DNA from: an uncultured virus (IMG/VR IMGVR_UViG_3300031555_004022)
Taxonomy: Duplodnaviria > Heunggongvirae > Uroviricota > Caudoviricetes
IMG/VR virus record: IMGVR_UViG_3300031555_004022
DNA length: 20,000 bases
Reading direction: 5' to 3' (one strand)
The notes under the pieces are model-generated. The model ran no database searches, was not told the origin of the DNA, and saw only the letters and a program-made list of their open reading frames with translations. Shown piece after piece: positions 1 to 9,460 of the stretch (positions are counted from its first letter, which is position 1; every line of letters begins with the position of its first letter). The translations under genes were made by a program, and so were the position numbers.

Positions 1-84
1 CTTCATGTCGATGTAGCCGCGGGTCACGACCTTCCCCTGCCGGGTTGCCTTCATGTCGTAGCGTTTAGTCTTCAGATTCTTCAT
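1..84 (-). CDS. Probable prohead/Clp-like head maturation protease, N-terminal 28 codons (runs off the window)
   Basis: ATG at 84 after GGGGGTG RBS inside the portal 3' end; open frame MKNLKTKRYDMKATRQGKVVTRGYIDMK to position 1. The call rests on its position after an HK97 portal. Confidence 0.6.
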   Translation of the reverse strand, partial: MKNLKTKRYDMKATRQGKVVTRGYIDMK

Positions 85-1450
85 CTTCTTCACCCCCTTC
101 CTGATCGTCTTCGGTTTCTTCTCCCTCGTCGTCCTGGGGTGGTGCCGCCGCGGGCTGCTGCCCGACGGTAGCCGTGCCGGTCTTGTTTGCAGCGACGTCC
201 AGCGGGATCATGGTGCCATTCACCAGCGGGCGGTCGCCATATTCGACGCCTTCCATATCCAGGTAGGCGCGGGATTCGTTGATCAGGTAGATGCCGTTCT
301 TCGTGTAGCCGGTCATGACCTCCATCTGGGTCTTGCTGTCTGTACGCAACAGGGCCTTCTCGTTGATCTTGACGTACTCGCCCCGCTCCAGAAGCTCGAT
401 GCCCAGGATTTTGTACCCGGTTTCTTCTTCGTACTGTTTCAGGACGAACAGCATGGTCTCGGTCAGGAAGGACAGCTGCTGCATTTCGCTGTTGCTGTAG
501 CTGCTCTTTTCGTAGTCGTTGATCTGATTGGGCTTGACGCCGAAGGCTCCGGCGATTTGCAGGGCGGAGTATTTCCGCAGCTCGAAGAACTGCGCGTCGG
601 TCAGTTTGATGTCCAGCGGCGTCAGCTTCATGCCCAGGGGCACCGGCATGATCCGGCCCGTGTTCTTGACGCCGTTTCCGAAGTCCTCGAAGGCTTCGCG
701 CAGGGCTTCCTTCGCCTCCTGGGACATTGTGCCGGTGTATTCCAGGGTCGCCTTCGCGGTCATGCCCTGTTCGTATAGCTTGTTCATGTAGCCCTGGCCG
801 CTCTTGGCGCCCATGACCGTCTCGCGGAGAATATCCTGTACCGGCATACCGACCAGGCCGTTCAGGGTGTGGGACGTCTTCACGTGGATCACGTCCTCGC
901 TCCGGAAGATGTACTTCTTCCCGCTGTACGGGTCGGTGTACCAGTACCAGACGTTACCGGCTCCGGCGAAAATTCCCGCGTCGTCCACCAGTACCTGCAC
1001 GCAGTTCGACGGCATGATCCACAGGTTTTTGATCTCATAGCTGCCGCCGTATTTCATCCGGCGGAAGCGGCGCTCGATGTAGACGTAGCCGTTGCCGAAG
1101 TGGTTCCGGTTCATTTCCACCGTCGCCCAGAACGTGGTCGGCGTCATGAACGGGTTCGGGCGATACCGCAGCACGCGGTTCACGTCCTTCCGTCTGCTGT
1201 CTGCGACGCCGTTCTTGCTCCGCTTGTAGACCTTCCAGGGCAGCTTGCCCAGGGTCTCCGCCAGGGTCTTCATGCAGGTGAAATACGTGATTTCAGACCA
1301 TACGCCGCGGCGTTTTCCGCTGCGGTTCAGCCATTCCACCAGGGTCTCGCCGCTCATGCTGGCGACGTTTTCGGTGCCGTTGTAGGCCCTCCAGCCGTTC
1401 AGCCAGGGGAATCTGGCGCGCAGATTTCTAAAAAATTCGCCTATTTTCAT
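65..1450 (-). CDS. HK97-family phage portal protein
   Basis: 461 aa with RPNPFMTPTTFW, GNGYVYI, DVIHVK, IAGAFGVKP, YSNSE and GIYLINESR motifs; directly after TerL. Confidence 0.95.
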   Translation of the reverse strand: MKIGEFFRNLRARFPWLNGWRAYNGTENVASMSGETLVEWLNRSGKRRGVWSEITYFTCMKTLAETLGKLPWKVYKRSKNGVADSRRKDVNRVLRYRPNPFMTPTTFWATVEMNRNHFGNGYVYIERRFRRMKYGGSYEIKNLWIMPSNCVQVLVDDAGIFAGAGNVWYWYTDPYSGKKYIFRSEDVIHVKTSHTLNGLVGMPVQDILRETVMGAKSGQGYMNKLYEQGMTAKATLEYTGTMSQEAKEALREAFEDFGNGVKNTGRIMPVPLGMKLTPLDIKLTDAQFFELRKYSALQIAGAFGVKPNQINDYEKSSYSNSEMQQLSFLTETMLFVLKQYEEETGYKILGIELLERGEYVKINEKALLRTDSKTQMEVMTGYTKNGIYLINESRAYLDMEGVEYGDRPLVNGTMIPLDVAANKTGTATVGQQPAAAPPQDDEGEETEDDQEGGEEDEESED

Positions 1451-3189
1451 TGCTTTGTCGTCACCTTCTTATGCCTTTCGTACATCTTCAGCCATTCGCC
1501 CACGATTTCCTCCGTGGTCTGGGCCTGTTCGCCGCACATGGCGACCTTCCAGGCGTCAATCACGGCGTCGACCGGGTCGATCCGCTGGGTCGTTATGTCT
1601 TTGTCGATCTTGATCTCGCCGTAGTTGTTGGAAATGACGCGGGCGTTCAGGATCGACCAGACCAGCAGCTCTTCGCCGCGGTTGTATTCCACGTTTCCGG
1701 CTTCGATTTCCAGCCGGAAGTCGTCGGTGGGGTCGGACAGGGCCTTCGCGCTCTGGTGAATCTCCAGGCTGTCGTAGCCGGTGGCCTCCAGGTCTTGCAA
1801 GAAGGCGGAGGCGTTGTGGGGGTCGTAGCAGATCATTCTGACCTTCAGATCGAAGGCGTCCACCAGGGCCTGAAGGTAGGCCAGCACGTACCGGTAGTCG
1901 GTTTTTATGCCGCCCATGGTCTCGGTGACGGTCACCAGCTTCTTCGCGATCCACACGTCATACGGGGCAAGGTCGCTGTCGATATGCTCCTGGACGCGCT
2001 TCGACGGGATGAAGCTATGGCTATGAATGAAATACTTTTTGACGCCCGCCACCCAGAATGGGATCACGATCACGATCGTCGTCAAGTCGCCGCCGGACGA
2101 CAGATCCAGGCCCACGTAGCACGGCAGGCCCTGGAAGTCTGCCAGGCTCCGGTCAGACGCGCAGCGCTTCAGGGCTTCCGGGTCTTTGATGTACAGAGCG
2201 TTCGACCATTGCAGCCACTTGTTCAGCTGCTTGACCAGGAAGTCACGCAGGTCTTCGCCGCCCATGTCCTTCGCGGTGACCGCGATCGGGATCATGTTCT
2301 CCAGGGCCTCCTGGTCGTAGGCCAGGGCCGGGTTCGCCTTGATCCAGTTCTCCGGCAGCCATAGGTCGTCATTCTCGTCCATTTCGGCGATATAGATAAA
2401 CTGACTATCGACGCGGGTGGTGCCCTTCAGGATCGCCTTGCAATGCTCGTATAGCTTGTAGCAGGGGGCGTTCAGGTTGAAGCCTGCGGTGGTGATCACG
2501 CTGATCAGGGCCGACTTCATCTTCTTGATGCCGCCCTCCAGCAGCTTGTACATCTGGTTCGTCAGGTGGGCGTGGTACTCGTCGACGATGCCCAGATATG
2601 GCCGGTGGCCGTCCAGGCTTTTCGTGTCGCCGGAAATAGCGCGGATTTTGCCGTTCGTCAGCAGGCAGTCGATCGTGTGGTTGTGATCGTGGACTTTGAA
2701 GCACTCCTGAAGATCGGCGTCCGAATTGATGAATTTCTTGATTTCCTCGAAAACGATGTCCGCCTGGTCTTGTTTTGTGGCCGTGCAGAAGATTTTCGGG
2801 TACTGGTAGCTTGTAAAATTGCCATAATAGGCCGCCAGGATGCCGTTCAGGAAGGACTTGCCGTTCTGACGGCCCAGCTGGACATAACTGGTACGGTACC
2901 GGCGGTGTCCGCCTGCCTTCTTCCTCCAGCCGTTCAGGCTGCCCAGGATGAAACATTGGAACGGGTACAGGGTGATCGTCTGGCGCTCGTCACCCTCTGC
3001 GATTTCCAGTTCTTCGGCGAAATTTATGATTTCTTCCGACGCTTCGACGTCGAAGCAGTAGGCAAACGGGGCGACTTTCGCCGCCTCCAGGTCGTCCAGG
3101 TGACGCTGGCAGGCCATTTTGACGGTCTCACCGGCGACGATCCGCCCCTCCAGCACGTCGATCGCGTACTGTGTGCAGCGGTCGGTCAC
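1447..3189 (-). CDS. terL: Terminase large subunit
   Basis: Walker A GRQNGKS, Walker B GIVDEYH, ITTAG coupling motif, GLDLSSGGDLT nuclease motif, RIDPVDA. Likely start is GTG at 3189, overlapping the terS stop (GTGA). Confidence 0.95.
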   Translation of the reverse strand: MTDRCTQYAIDVLEGRIVAGETVKMACQRHLDDLEAAKVAPFAYCFDVEASEEIINFAEELEIAEGDERQTITLYPFQCFILGSLNGWRKKAGGHRRYRTSYVQLGRQNGKSFLNGILAAYYGNFTSYQYPKIFCTATKQDQADIVFEEIKKFINSDADLQECFKVHDHNHTIDCLLTNGKIRAISGDTKSLDGHRPYLGIVDEYHAHLTNQMYKLLEGGIKKMKSALISVITTAGFNLNAPCYKLYEHCKAILKGTTRVDSQFIYIAEMDENDDLWLPENWIKANPALAYDQEALENMIPIAVTAKDMGGEDLRDFLVKQLNKWLQWSNALYIKDPEALKRCASDRSLADFQGLPCYVGLDLSSGGDLTTIVIVIPFWVAGVKKYFIHSHSFIPSKRVQEHIDSDLAPYDVWIAKKLVTVTETMGGIKTDYRYVLAYLQALVDAFDLKVRMICYDPHNASAFLQDLEATGYDSLEIHQSAKALSDPTDDFRLEIEAGNVEYNRGEELLVWSILNARVISNNYGEIKIDKDITTQRIDPVDAVIDAWKVAMCGEQAQTTEEIVGEWLKMYERHKKVTTKQ

Positions 3190-3749
3190 GCTTCCACCTT
3201 GCCCTTCGCGTATTTCAGGAACTTGTTCTCCGGTTTTTCGTCTTTCGCCTTCGGTGCCACCAGACGGCAGCGTCCGGCGATCGTCAGGCCGAAGTCCGTG
3301 GCGCCCTGGCGGCATTGCTTCCACAGCTTGTCCTGTTGCTGAAGCAGCGCGGCGCGTTCCTCATTGACGACCATCCTGGTCTCCACGATCTTCTCGCCGG
3401 TTTCCGGGTCGATCTCCGGCTTGCCGTCCAGGTCGGTCTTGTACCGGCGCTTCTCCACCATCAGCGGCAGCTCGTCGATCGCCTGGGTCATGGCGACATA
3501 GTCTGCTTCCGCCTTCACCAGGCGGCCCAGGGCCTCGCAGTCCAGGTTGGTCATTATTTTCAGGTCGATCAGCTGGGCGGCCAGCTCCTTGAAACGGCGC
3601 TTTTGCTTCTTGTCCAGCCATGCAGGCGGGGCGACTTTGTCGGCGTCAGGGTGTAGTTCCTGGGCCTTCCGCAGCTCGATCTCCGCCTTCGTCAGGTGTT
3701 TCCGGCCTTTCGCCTGCAACAGGGCGATCGGCTCCTTCTTTCCGGCCAT
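3186..3749 (-). CDS. terS: Terminase small subunit, P27 family
   Basis: KHLTKAEI, APPAWLD and FGLTIAGRCRL motifs; ATG at 3749 after GGAGGTGGGG RBS. Confidence 0.9.
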   Translation of the reverse strand: MAGKKEPIALLQAKGRKHLTKAEIELRKAQELHPDADKVAPPAWLDKKQKRRFKELAAQLIDLKIMTNLDCEALGRLVKAEADYVAMTQAIDELPLMVEKRRYKTDLDGKPEIDPETGEKIVETRMVVNEERAALLQQQDKLWKQCRQGATDFGLTIAGRCRLVAPKAKDEKPENKFLKYAKGKVEA

Positions 3750-3800
3750 GTCCCCACCTCCTTCGGTGTCAGATTCTGACACTTCCCTGGGGCGGGGGCG

Positions 3801-4307
3801 TCAGATTTTCCCGTGGGGAGTTTTCTCCACGAAAAAGGGGGGCGCGACTAAACCAGCGGCCGCGAATACTTTTTCGATACCCCCTCGGTCTGCAAACCAC
3901 CTGTCCCGCAGCGCCCGCAGCCGCTTCTGGCAGGCTGCCATGCTCTCCGGCCCCGCCTTGTACATTGCGGTGACGCGTGTATGGTTGGCATTGCTCAATG
4001 GGAACAGGTTGAACGGGTCAAGCCGTAAATCCCAGTCTTCCTCCAGCTCTACAATGTGGTGAACTCTGTCCGCTTCGACCAGCTCCTGGTCTTCGTAGTA
4101 GGCCAGGATGTCGATGCCGTCAAAGACGTCGATCATGCGCTGTCTCATAACGCGCCACGCGCGCGAACAATAAAAGGCGGCTGACATTTGGCTGCGCTCC
4201 TGGCGGTTGTAAATCATGTGCCTGCTGCCATACCGAACACGGCAGGCCGGGCACATATCAATGCCTTGCTGGATGGGCTTTCCACAGCGGCACAAATGCA
4301 GCAGCAT
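3801..4307 (-). CDS. HNH endonuclease (packaging-associated)
   Basis: CRCG...CPAC at the N-terminus, FYCSRAW, VHHIVELEEDWDLRLDPFNLFPLSNANH; immediately upstream of terS. Confidence 0.85.
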   Translation of the reverse strand: MLLHLCRCGKPIQQGIDMCPACRVRYGSRHMIYNRQERSQMSAAFYCSRAWRVMRQRMIDVFDGIDILAYYEDQELVEADRVHHIVELEEDWDLRLDPFNLFPLSNANHTRVTAMYKAGPESMAACQKRLRALRDRWFADRGGIEKVFAAAGLVAPPFFVEKTPHGKI

Positions 4308-4423
4308 TTTCTTCTCCTTCCTGGGGCTTCCTGTTTTTCCGGATTTACGGCGGCCCTTCTCTGGGCCTCTTGGCGGCCTTCTGGCGGGTCTTTTTTGACC
4401 GCGACCGCCAGCCCTCGGAAACG

Positions 4424-4475
4424 AAAAAAGACAAGCACCGGGTGATTGATTGCTCTTTCACTCGGTGCTTGTCTT
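4424..4475 (-). terminator. Long hairpin with U-tract upstream of the late genes
   Basis: 18-bp inverted repeat 4428-4445/4458-4475 (one non-Watson-Crick position), followed by T-run on the minus strand. Confidence 0.55.
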
Positions 4476-4564
4476 GCACATTTCCTGTCTGATATTCTAT
4501 CGCCTGGGGCCGAAAAACGCCACCCCAGGTTTTCCCCACGTTTTTACGCTCGGTTTTCAGCCCT

Positions 4565-5008
4565 TCAGCAGCTAATCCCGTTGACGCCGAAAAGCCGCAC
4601 GGCCATTTGCCGCATGATCTCGTCGCACCACCTGCGGGGGCTGTTTCTCCCGCTGTTCATTGCGTCCGCGATCTGTTCGTAGGTCTGGCCCTTGATATAT
4701 CGCCGCTCGAAGGCGTCGACCTTGTAGGAATAGCCGCCGGCGATCGCCGCCACACGTACCGCTGCCAGGGCGCGGTCGATTTCAGCGACCACGGCAGCGG
4801 TGTCTTCGCGGCTGCTTCTCAATGCGTCCAGGATCGCGCCCAGGTCGGTCCCGGACGGCTCCGATCCTCCGGGGCTGCCTTTTTGGGCGTATTCGTGCAG
4901 AAGCTGATAGTTTTCAAGCAGGCGCGCCGTCAGGGTCAAGCCCTGGGCGCCGTTGGCACTCTTGTCGGCCATTTCGGGCCGGATTTTGGGGTCGTTTCTG
5001 TTTTCCAT
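4565..5008 (-). CDS. Late-gene transcriptional regulator (sigma region 4/ArpU-RinA-like)
   Basis: C-terminal RRYIKGQTYEQIADAMN HTH and AVRLFGV ending; last early gene before HNH/terS. Confidence 0.7.
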   Translation of the reverse strand: MENRNDPKIRPEMADKSANGAQGLTLTARLLENYQLLHEYAQKGSPGGSEPSGTDLGAILDALRSSREDTAAVVAEIDRALAAVRVAAIAGGYSYKVDAFERRYIKGQTYEQIADAMNSGRNSPRRWCDEIMRQMAVRLFGVNGISC

Positions 5009-5043
5009 CGTTTACTTCCTCCTTTCGGCCCGGTAGGTCGTTT

Positions 5044-5775
5044 TTACAGGCCGGGCGGCGGATCACGCCACCATTTGCTTCGCGTGTCCTCGTCGGTTTT
5101 GTCACCCTGGGCCGCCTTTTCCTTCTCCAGCGCGATCCGGCGCTTGGCTTTGTCGTAGGTGCTTTCCTTCACCTCGAAACAGATAAACCGGCGGTTGTTC
5201 CGGATCGCTGCGACGCCGGTGGTGCAGCTGCCGCCGAACAGGTCGACGACCAGGTCGCCCTCCTGGGTGGAATCCAGCAGGCAGCGCTCAATGATCGCCA
5301 CCGGCTTCTGGGCCGGGTGGATTTTGTCACCGTCGGTACCGGCAGCGCCCACAGAAAAGCCGTTTTCCCGCCACACGTTGGATCCACCACGCCGCAGGCC
5401 GGTGTTCTTCGTGCCGTACAGGATGAATTCGTGGGTGTAGCTGTAAAAGCTGCCAGGGCCTGCTCCCTTGTCCCAGACGATCAGGTTCTTGACCGGCAAA
5501 TACTCCGCGAAGATCGGGTAGTAGAACGCGTAGCCGCGCCAGTCCATGAAAATGTAAAATTCCCCTTCCGGCTTCAGCACGCGGTTGATCTCCCGCGCCA
5601 GGGCCTTCCAGAACGGCTTGGTGATCTCCAGATCAGCGAAGTCTCCGCGGGTTCCGTTCTGGGTCAGCCCCTGGAAGTAGGGGGGGTCGGTGATGATCGC
5701 CTGGACGCTGCCGGTTTTGATCTGCCGCAGGCCGTCCAGGCAGTCCATGTTGTAGATTTCATTCTCTTTCAGCAT
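5044..5775 (-). CDS. DNA N6-adenine/N4-cytosine methyltransferase (beta class, orphan)
   Basis: ITDPPY catalytic motif, HPAQKP, DLFGGSCTTG SAM-binding motif. Confidence 0.92.
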   Translation of the reverse strand: MLKENEIYNMDCLDGLRQIKTGSVQAIITDPPYFQGLTQNGTRGDFADLEITKPFWKALAREINRVLKPEGEFYIFMDWRGYAFYYPIFAEYLPVKNLIVWDKGAGPGSFYSYTHEFILYGTKNTGLRRGGSNVWRENGFSVGAAGTDGDKIHPAQKPVAIIERCLLDSTQEGDLVVDLFGGSCTTGVAAIRNNRRFICFEVKESTYDKAKRRIALEKEKAAQGDKTDEDTRSKWWRDPPPGL

Positions 5776-6001
5776 TTCGCACTCCTTCCAGCGTCGCGGT
5801 GTAGGTCGTTGTGACGACCTGGATCGCCGTGCGCTGCATTTCTCCGCAGCTTATGCGGTCTTCGACCGGTATGCCCGCGGCTTCCTCCGCGGTGTCGGTT
5901 TTGTTGCAGTATGGCCGGGCCGGGCAGCCGGGGCACAAGCCCGCGGCGCCCAGAGCGTCAAACAGCCAGTCCTGTTCCTCGCGGGTGGCAATGATTACCA
6001 C
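5759..6001 (-). CDS. Hypothetical Cys-containing phage protein
   Basis: 80 aa, GTG start, tightly packed between its neighbours; CPGC...C...C. Confidence 0.6.
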   Translation of the reverse strand: MVIIATREEQDWLFDALGAAGLCPGCPARPYCNKTDTAEEAAGIPVEDRISCGEMQRTAIQVVTTTYTATLEGVRNAERE

Positions 6002-6002
6002 G

Positions 6003-6507
6003 TCACGCGCTCCTTTCCATCAGGTGCAGGGCCATCCGGCGCCAGCTTTCGGCCTGCTCCTTCGCTTCGGCCAGCTGTTCCTCCAGCTGGTCGGTCTCTG
6101 CTGCGCGGCGGACGTCCCGCCACGGCTTGGGGTCGTAGGTGTTCCGGGGTGCTTCTTCCTCCAGGCCCAGGGCGCGCCGGATCGCGTCGTCGATCTGGGC
6201 CATTTCCTCGTCGGTCACGTGGCCGCAGCACTTATCCAGGCGGCGGGTGTCGACGGTCTTGATCTGATCGCACAGGGCGATCGAAGGCTTCGGGGCGCTG
6301 CCGATCTCGATGTGCAGCCCACCAGGGTCAGGGCGGTCTCGTTTGGTGGTCAGATACACCACCATGCAGGTGTTACCCCCCCCCCGCGGAAAAATCGCTG
6401 ACAATGACGCCAGGGCGTCCGGGCTGCTGTTCGTGGCCCCTGCTGATCTCCATGTCCCGCTCCACGTAGTAAATATCGCCGCGGGTGATTCTCCGGTTTC
6501 TGTACAT
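6003..6507 (-). pseudogene. MazF/PemK-like protein, frameshifted at a G10 tract (6376-6385)
   Basis: RGDIYYV...GHEQQPGRPGVIVS in one frame ends at TAA 6373; VVYLTT...ALCDQIKTVDTRRL...EEMAQIDDAIRRALGL continues in another frame. G9 or G12 would join them (167 aa with G9). Confidence 0.85.
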
Positions 6508-6512
6508 TGTGG

Positions 6513-6707
6513 TCACCATTTCCTTCCGTAGCCGTAGTAGTTCCGGCGCTGCGCGTCGGTCATGTTTCTGACGTTCTTCTTCTCGATCCATTCCAGGATG
6601 CTATCCGCCACCAGCATCAGGATCAAGCCAGGCGTCGCAAGCATTACGCCCAGGGCGCCCAGCAGATAGCCCAGGCTGGCGGTGATCCGGGTGATCAGTT
6701 TCTTCAT
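6513..6707 (-). CDS. Small hypothetical membrane protein
   Basis: 64 aa with a hydrophobic segment; ATGA overlap with the upstream gene. Confidence 0.65.
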   Translation of the reverse strand: MKKLITRITASLGYLLGALGVMLATPGLILMLVADSILEWIEKKNVRNMTDAQRRNYYGYGRKW

Positions 6708-6880
6708 GTGTTCTCCAGTTCCTCGAACTCCGCGTCCAGCGGGTCGATTTCTTCCAGGATGTACACGGCGCCATGCAGCAGTCCGGCAGCGATCACAGCG
6801 ATCAGCATGACGGGCAGTTCGATCACCAGGATCAGAACGTCGCGCACTTTGTCCCAGGTCTTTTTCAGCAGTTCCTTCAT
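6704..6880 (-). CDS. Small hypothetical membrane protein
   Basis: MKELLKKTWDKVRDVLILVIELPVMLIAVIAAGLL..., ATG at 6880 overlapping the ParB stop. Confidence 0.65.
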   Translation of the reverse strand: MKELLKKTWDKVRDVLILVIELPVMLIAVIAAGLLHGAVYILEEIDPLDAEFEELENT

Positions 6881-8181
6881 TCGTCCATTCCCTCCAGGCT
6901 CCAGGCCGCCACCAGGGCGTCCAGCATTTCCAGACAGGCGCGGGCCTGCGCTTCTTCCAGTCCGGCGTTCACGACGCACCAGCGGATCATGCCGATCCGG
7001 TCGGTCTCGGTTTCCACGGACTTCTCGATCTCTGCGGCGATCTCCGCCTTGTAGGTGGTCACCGGCCCCGCCACGGGTTCGGCTGGCTTGACGTTCTTGT
7101 TCCGGTACATATCGCAGGCGGTGGTCTTGTCCGTCCGATCCATGCAGGTGTCCCAGTTTGCACAGCTGAAGCACAGGGACGTCAGCGTCTTCGGCTCCGC
7201 CTGGGTTACCGGTGCAGCCTTCGCTGCTGCCTTTGCTTCTTCGGCCAGCACCTGGCGATCGACCACTTCGCACCGGAAGTCGCAGGTCGTCCGCTTCAGG
7301 CAGCCCTTGCAGCAGCCAGCGCACCCGACCAGCTCACCCTTCCGCATGAAGTTCGCCTTGATCACGCCGTAGTGTTCACAGGGGCCGTTGGCGACCTGGC
7401 AGTCCCTGGACGCCCAGGGGTTGCCGTCGTCCTTCGGCTTCGGTGTTGCCTGCCTGGCTTCGCTGGCGTCCTTGTGGGTGATCTCCGTGCCGGTGTCCTG
7501 GGCGCGCTCGAAGGCGGCACGCTGCGCGTCTTCATCCATGCCCGCCAGGGCGTAGGCTGCGGAGAATTTCAGGCCGCCGGTGTCCAGCAGTTGCTTCAGC
7601 TCTGGGATCAGGTGGCCGGTGATCCGCTCGATCTGGGCGATCTTCGTGGTGGACTTGTTCAGGATCGCGGCGATCACGTCGCGGAGACGTCCGCTTGTCA
7701 GGTCGTACCCGGCCAGCTTCTGGCCCTTTGCCCGCATGGCTTCCAGGGTGGCCTTCAGGGTGGTGTACTCCTGGAGCTGGTCGCCGATGGACTTGACGCG
7801 CTGGCTGTTTGCGGCGATCAGGTCAATGGTTTCTTCCTCCGGCGTCTTCTTCGCCCGGACGTTGCAGGTCGCCACGCTGAACTCGGTGTGTCCCCGGCTG
7901 ACCAGCAGCTTCAGGGCCTCCCATCTGCGCTCACCGCTGACGATCCGGTACTGGCCCGCCGGGGTGGGGTCGTAGATCACGACCAGATTGTCCAGCAGGC
8001 CGGACATCAGAATATGGCCCGCCAGTTCCTCGATCTCGACGATCTCGTAGAAGTTGCCCTCGTTCCGGTACAGCTGATCGATCGGCAGGTCTTTCGTCCG
8101 GAACTTTCCGGAAGGGCCGGAAGGCTGCGCGCCTTTGCTGGCCGCGTTCAGGGTGTCCAGAATGTTGTGTCCTGTTGCCAT
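6877..8181 (-). CDS. parB: ParB/Spo0J-family protein with Cys-rich C-terminal extension
   Basis: YRNEGNFY, GLLDNLVV, YRIVSGERRWEAL (GxRR motif), ANSQR, then a HTH-like region; directly after parA. Confidence 0.85.
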   Translation of the reverse strand: MATGHNILDTLNAASKGAQPSGPSGKFRTKDLPIDQLYRNEGNFYEIVEIEELAGHILMSGLLDNLVVIYDPTPAGQYRIVSGERRWEALKLLVSRGHTEFSVATCNVRAKKTPEEETIDLIAANSQRVKSIGDQLQEYTTLKATLEAMRAKGQKLAGYDLTSGRLRDVIAAILNKSTTKIAQIERITGHLIPELKQLLDTGGLKFSAAYALAGMDEDAQRAAFERAQDTGTEITHKDASEARQATPKPKDDGNPWASRDCQVANGPCEHYGVIKANFMRKGELVGCAGCCKGCLKRTTCDFRCEVVDRQVLAEEAKAAAKAAPVTQAEPKTLTSLCFSCANWDTCMDRTDKTTACDMYRNKNVKPAEPVAGPVTTYKAEIAAEIEKSVETETDRIGMIRWCVVNAGLEEAQARACLEMLDALVAAWSLEGMDE

Positions 8182-8972
8182 TACTTCAGCACCTCCATGA
8201 TCTCACGCGCCAGGGCGGCATATTCCCGCGATACCTTGCAGCGGGGGCTGTACGACGTGACCGGCTCCTGGTTGATGCTGGCCCGCTCCACGATCACCGA
8301 CCGGCTGACCGTGGCGTCAAACGCCTGGCAGCGGTCGAAGGATTTCAGCCACTTCTCGAACTGATCGGAGGCGTCGTTGCGGCCCTTCATGGTGAAGAAC
8401 GACCGCAGCACCAGGGCGTCGTTCAGGCCGTGCAGCTGCTCGATCGTGTCGGCCATGTGGCCCAGGGCGTCAGCCTCGAAGCCGCCCAATTTCACCGGCA
8501 CGACCACCAGATCAGCCGCCACCAGGGCGTTCAGGACGGTCATGTCAAGCAGCAGGCCGCAGTCGACGATCACGTAGTCATACAGTTCCTGCACCTCCGG
8601 TGTGCCCAGGGCGGTCTGTAGCCGTCGCACCTGGTCGTTCTCGGTGTCGGTGGCGATCTCCGTGTTCGCGTCCATCAGGTAGCCGTTCGCCGGGATCACG
8701 TCGACCCGGTAGAAGCCGGTCTTCTTGTCTCCGAACACTCTGGACTGCTTCACAACGTCCGCCACGGTGACCTCGCCATGAACAGCAGACAGCAGGGCGG
8801 CCAGGCCCTTGTCCTCCGGGTCTGCCACGCCGTACAGGGTGGACAGGTTGCCCTGTTGGTCGGCGTCGATCATCAGGACACGGTGATGCGCGCCCAGGAT
8901 GCAGCCCAGGGCCGCGGCGGTCGTGGTCTTACCGGCGCCGCCTTTTTCAATCATTACAGCGATTATTTTCAT
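8181..8972 (-). CDS. parA: ParA/Soj-family ATPase
   Basis: KGGAGKTTT deviant Walker A, IDADQQGNLS, YDYVIVDCG, ALVAADLVVVP. Confidence 0.93.
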   Translation of the reverse strand: MKIIAVMIEKGGAGKTTTAAALGCILGAHHRVLMIDADQQGNLSTLYGVADPEDKGLAALLSAVHGEVTVADVVKQSRVFGDKKTGFYRVDVIPANGYLMDANTEIATDTENDQVRRLQTALGTPEVQELYDYVIVDCGLLLDMTVLNALVAADLVVVPVKLGGFEADALGHMADTIEQLHGLNDALVLRSFFTMKGRNDASDQFEKWLKSFDRCQAFDATVSRSVIVERASINQEPVTSYSPRCKVSREYAALAREIMEVLK

Positions 8973-9019
8973 ATTTCAGGCACTCCTTCACGTTTTTTGG
9001 TCTATTTCTTGTGATTTTT

Positions 9020-9460
9020 TCACTTTCTCCAGCCATCCAGGGACGGGAAGCCCCAGCGCACCTTCAGCAGGTCGGCGTCTTCCGCCATTTTCTCGCACGG
9101 CTTCAGGTTCATGTACTCGGTCAGCAGGTGGATCGCTGCGTTCGCGCTCCATACGACCGCCACGAAATACCCGGCGGCCTGGAGCTGCCGCAGCCAGTCC
9201 TTCTGGTCTTCGCTGGGCAGGTTCTTCCCGTACTTCATTTCGATCCGCAGGCCATGATATACGCCCGCCGGATAGTCCAGGATCAGATCGGGGACGCCAG
9301 GCTTCAGTCCCAGCGACTTCAGAATACCGGCGGTTGCCTTCGTTCTCTTGCCTTCGTTGGGGACGTGGTACAGGTTCTTCAGGCCGGGGTATTTGCCCTG
9401 GGCGTAGCTGGCCCACTCGATCACGGCTTGCTGTTCACTCGTTTCGCTTGCTCCTTGCAC
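9020..9460 (-). CDS. VRR-NUC domain nuclease (resolvase-like)
   Basis: LYHVPNEGKR, GLKPGVPDL, LRIEMKYGKN, SEDQKDW motifs; GTG at 9460 after GGAGG. Confidence 0.88.
   Translation of the reverse strand: MQGASETSEQQAVIEWASYAQGKYPGLKNLYHVPNEGKRTKATAGILKSLGLKPGVPDLILDYPAGVYHGLRIEMKYGKNLPSEDQKDWLRQLQAAGYFVAVVWSANAAIHLLTEYMNLKPCEKMAEDADLLKVRWGFPSLDGWRK

Noticed and set aside
3190..3324. N-terminal extension of TerL
   Set aside because: Overlaps terS coding sequence; GTG 3189 with stop/start coupling is the more plausible start.
5680..5686. G7 run in the methyltransferase as a phase-variation tract
   Set aside because: In frame, short, and explained by the DPPY motif codons.
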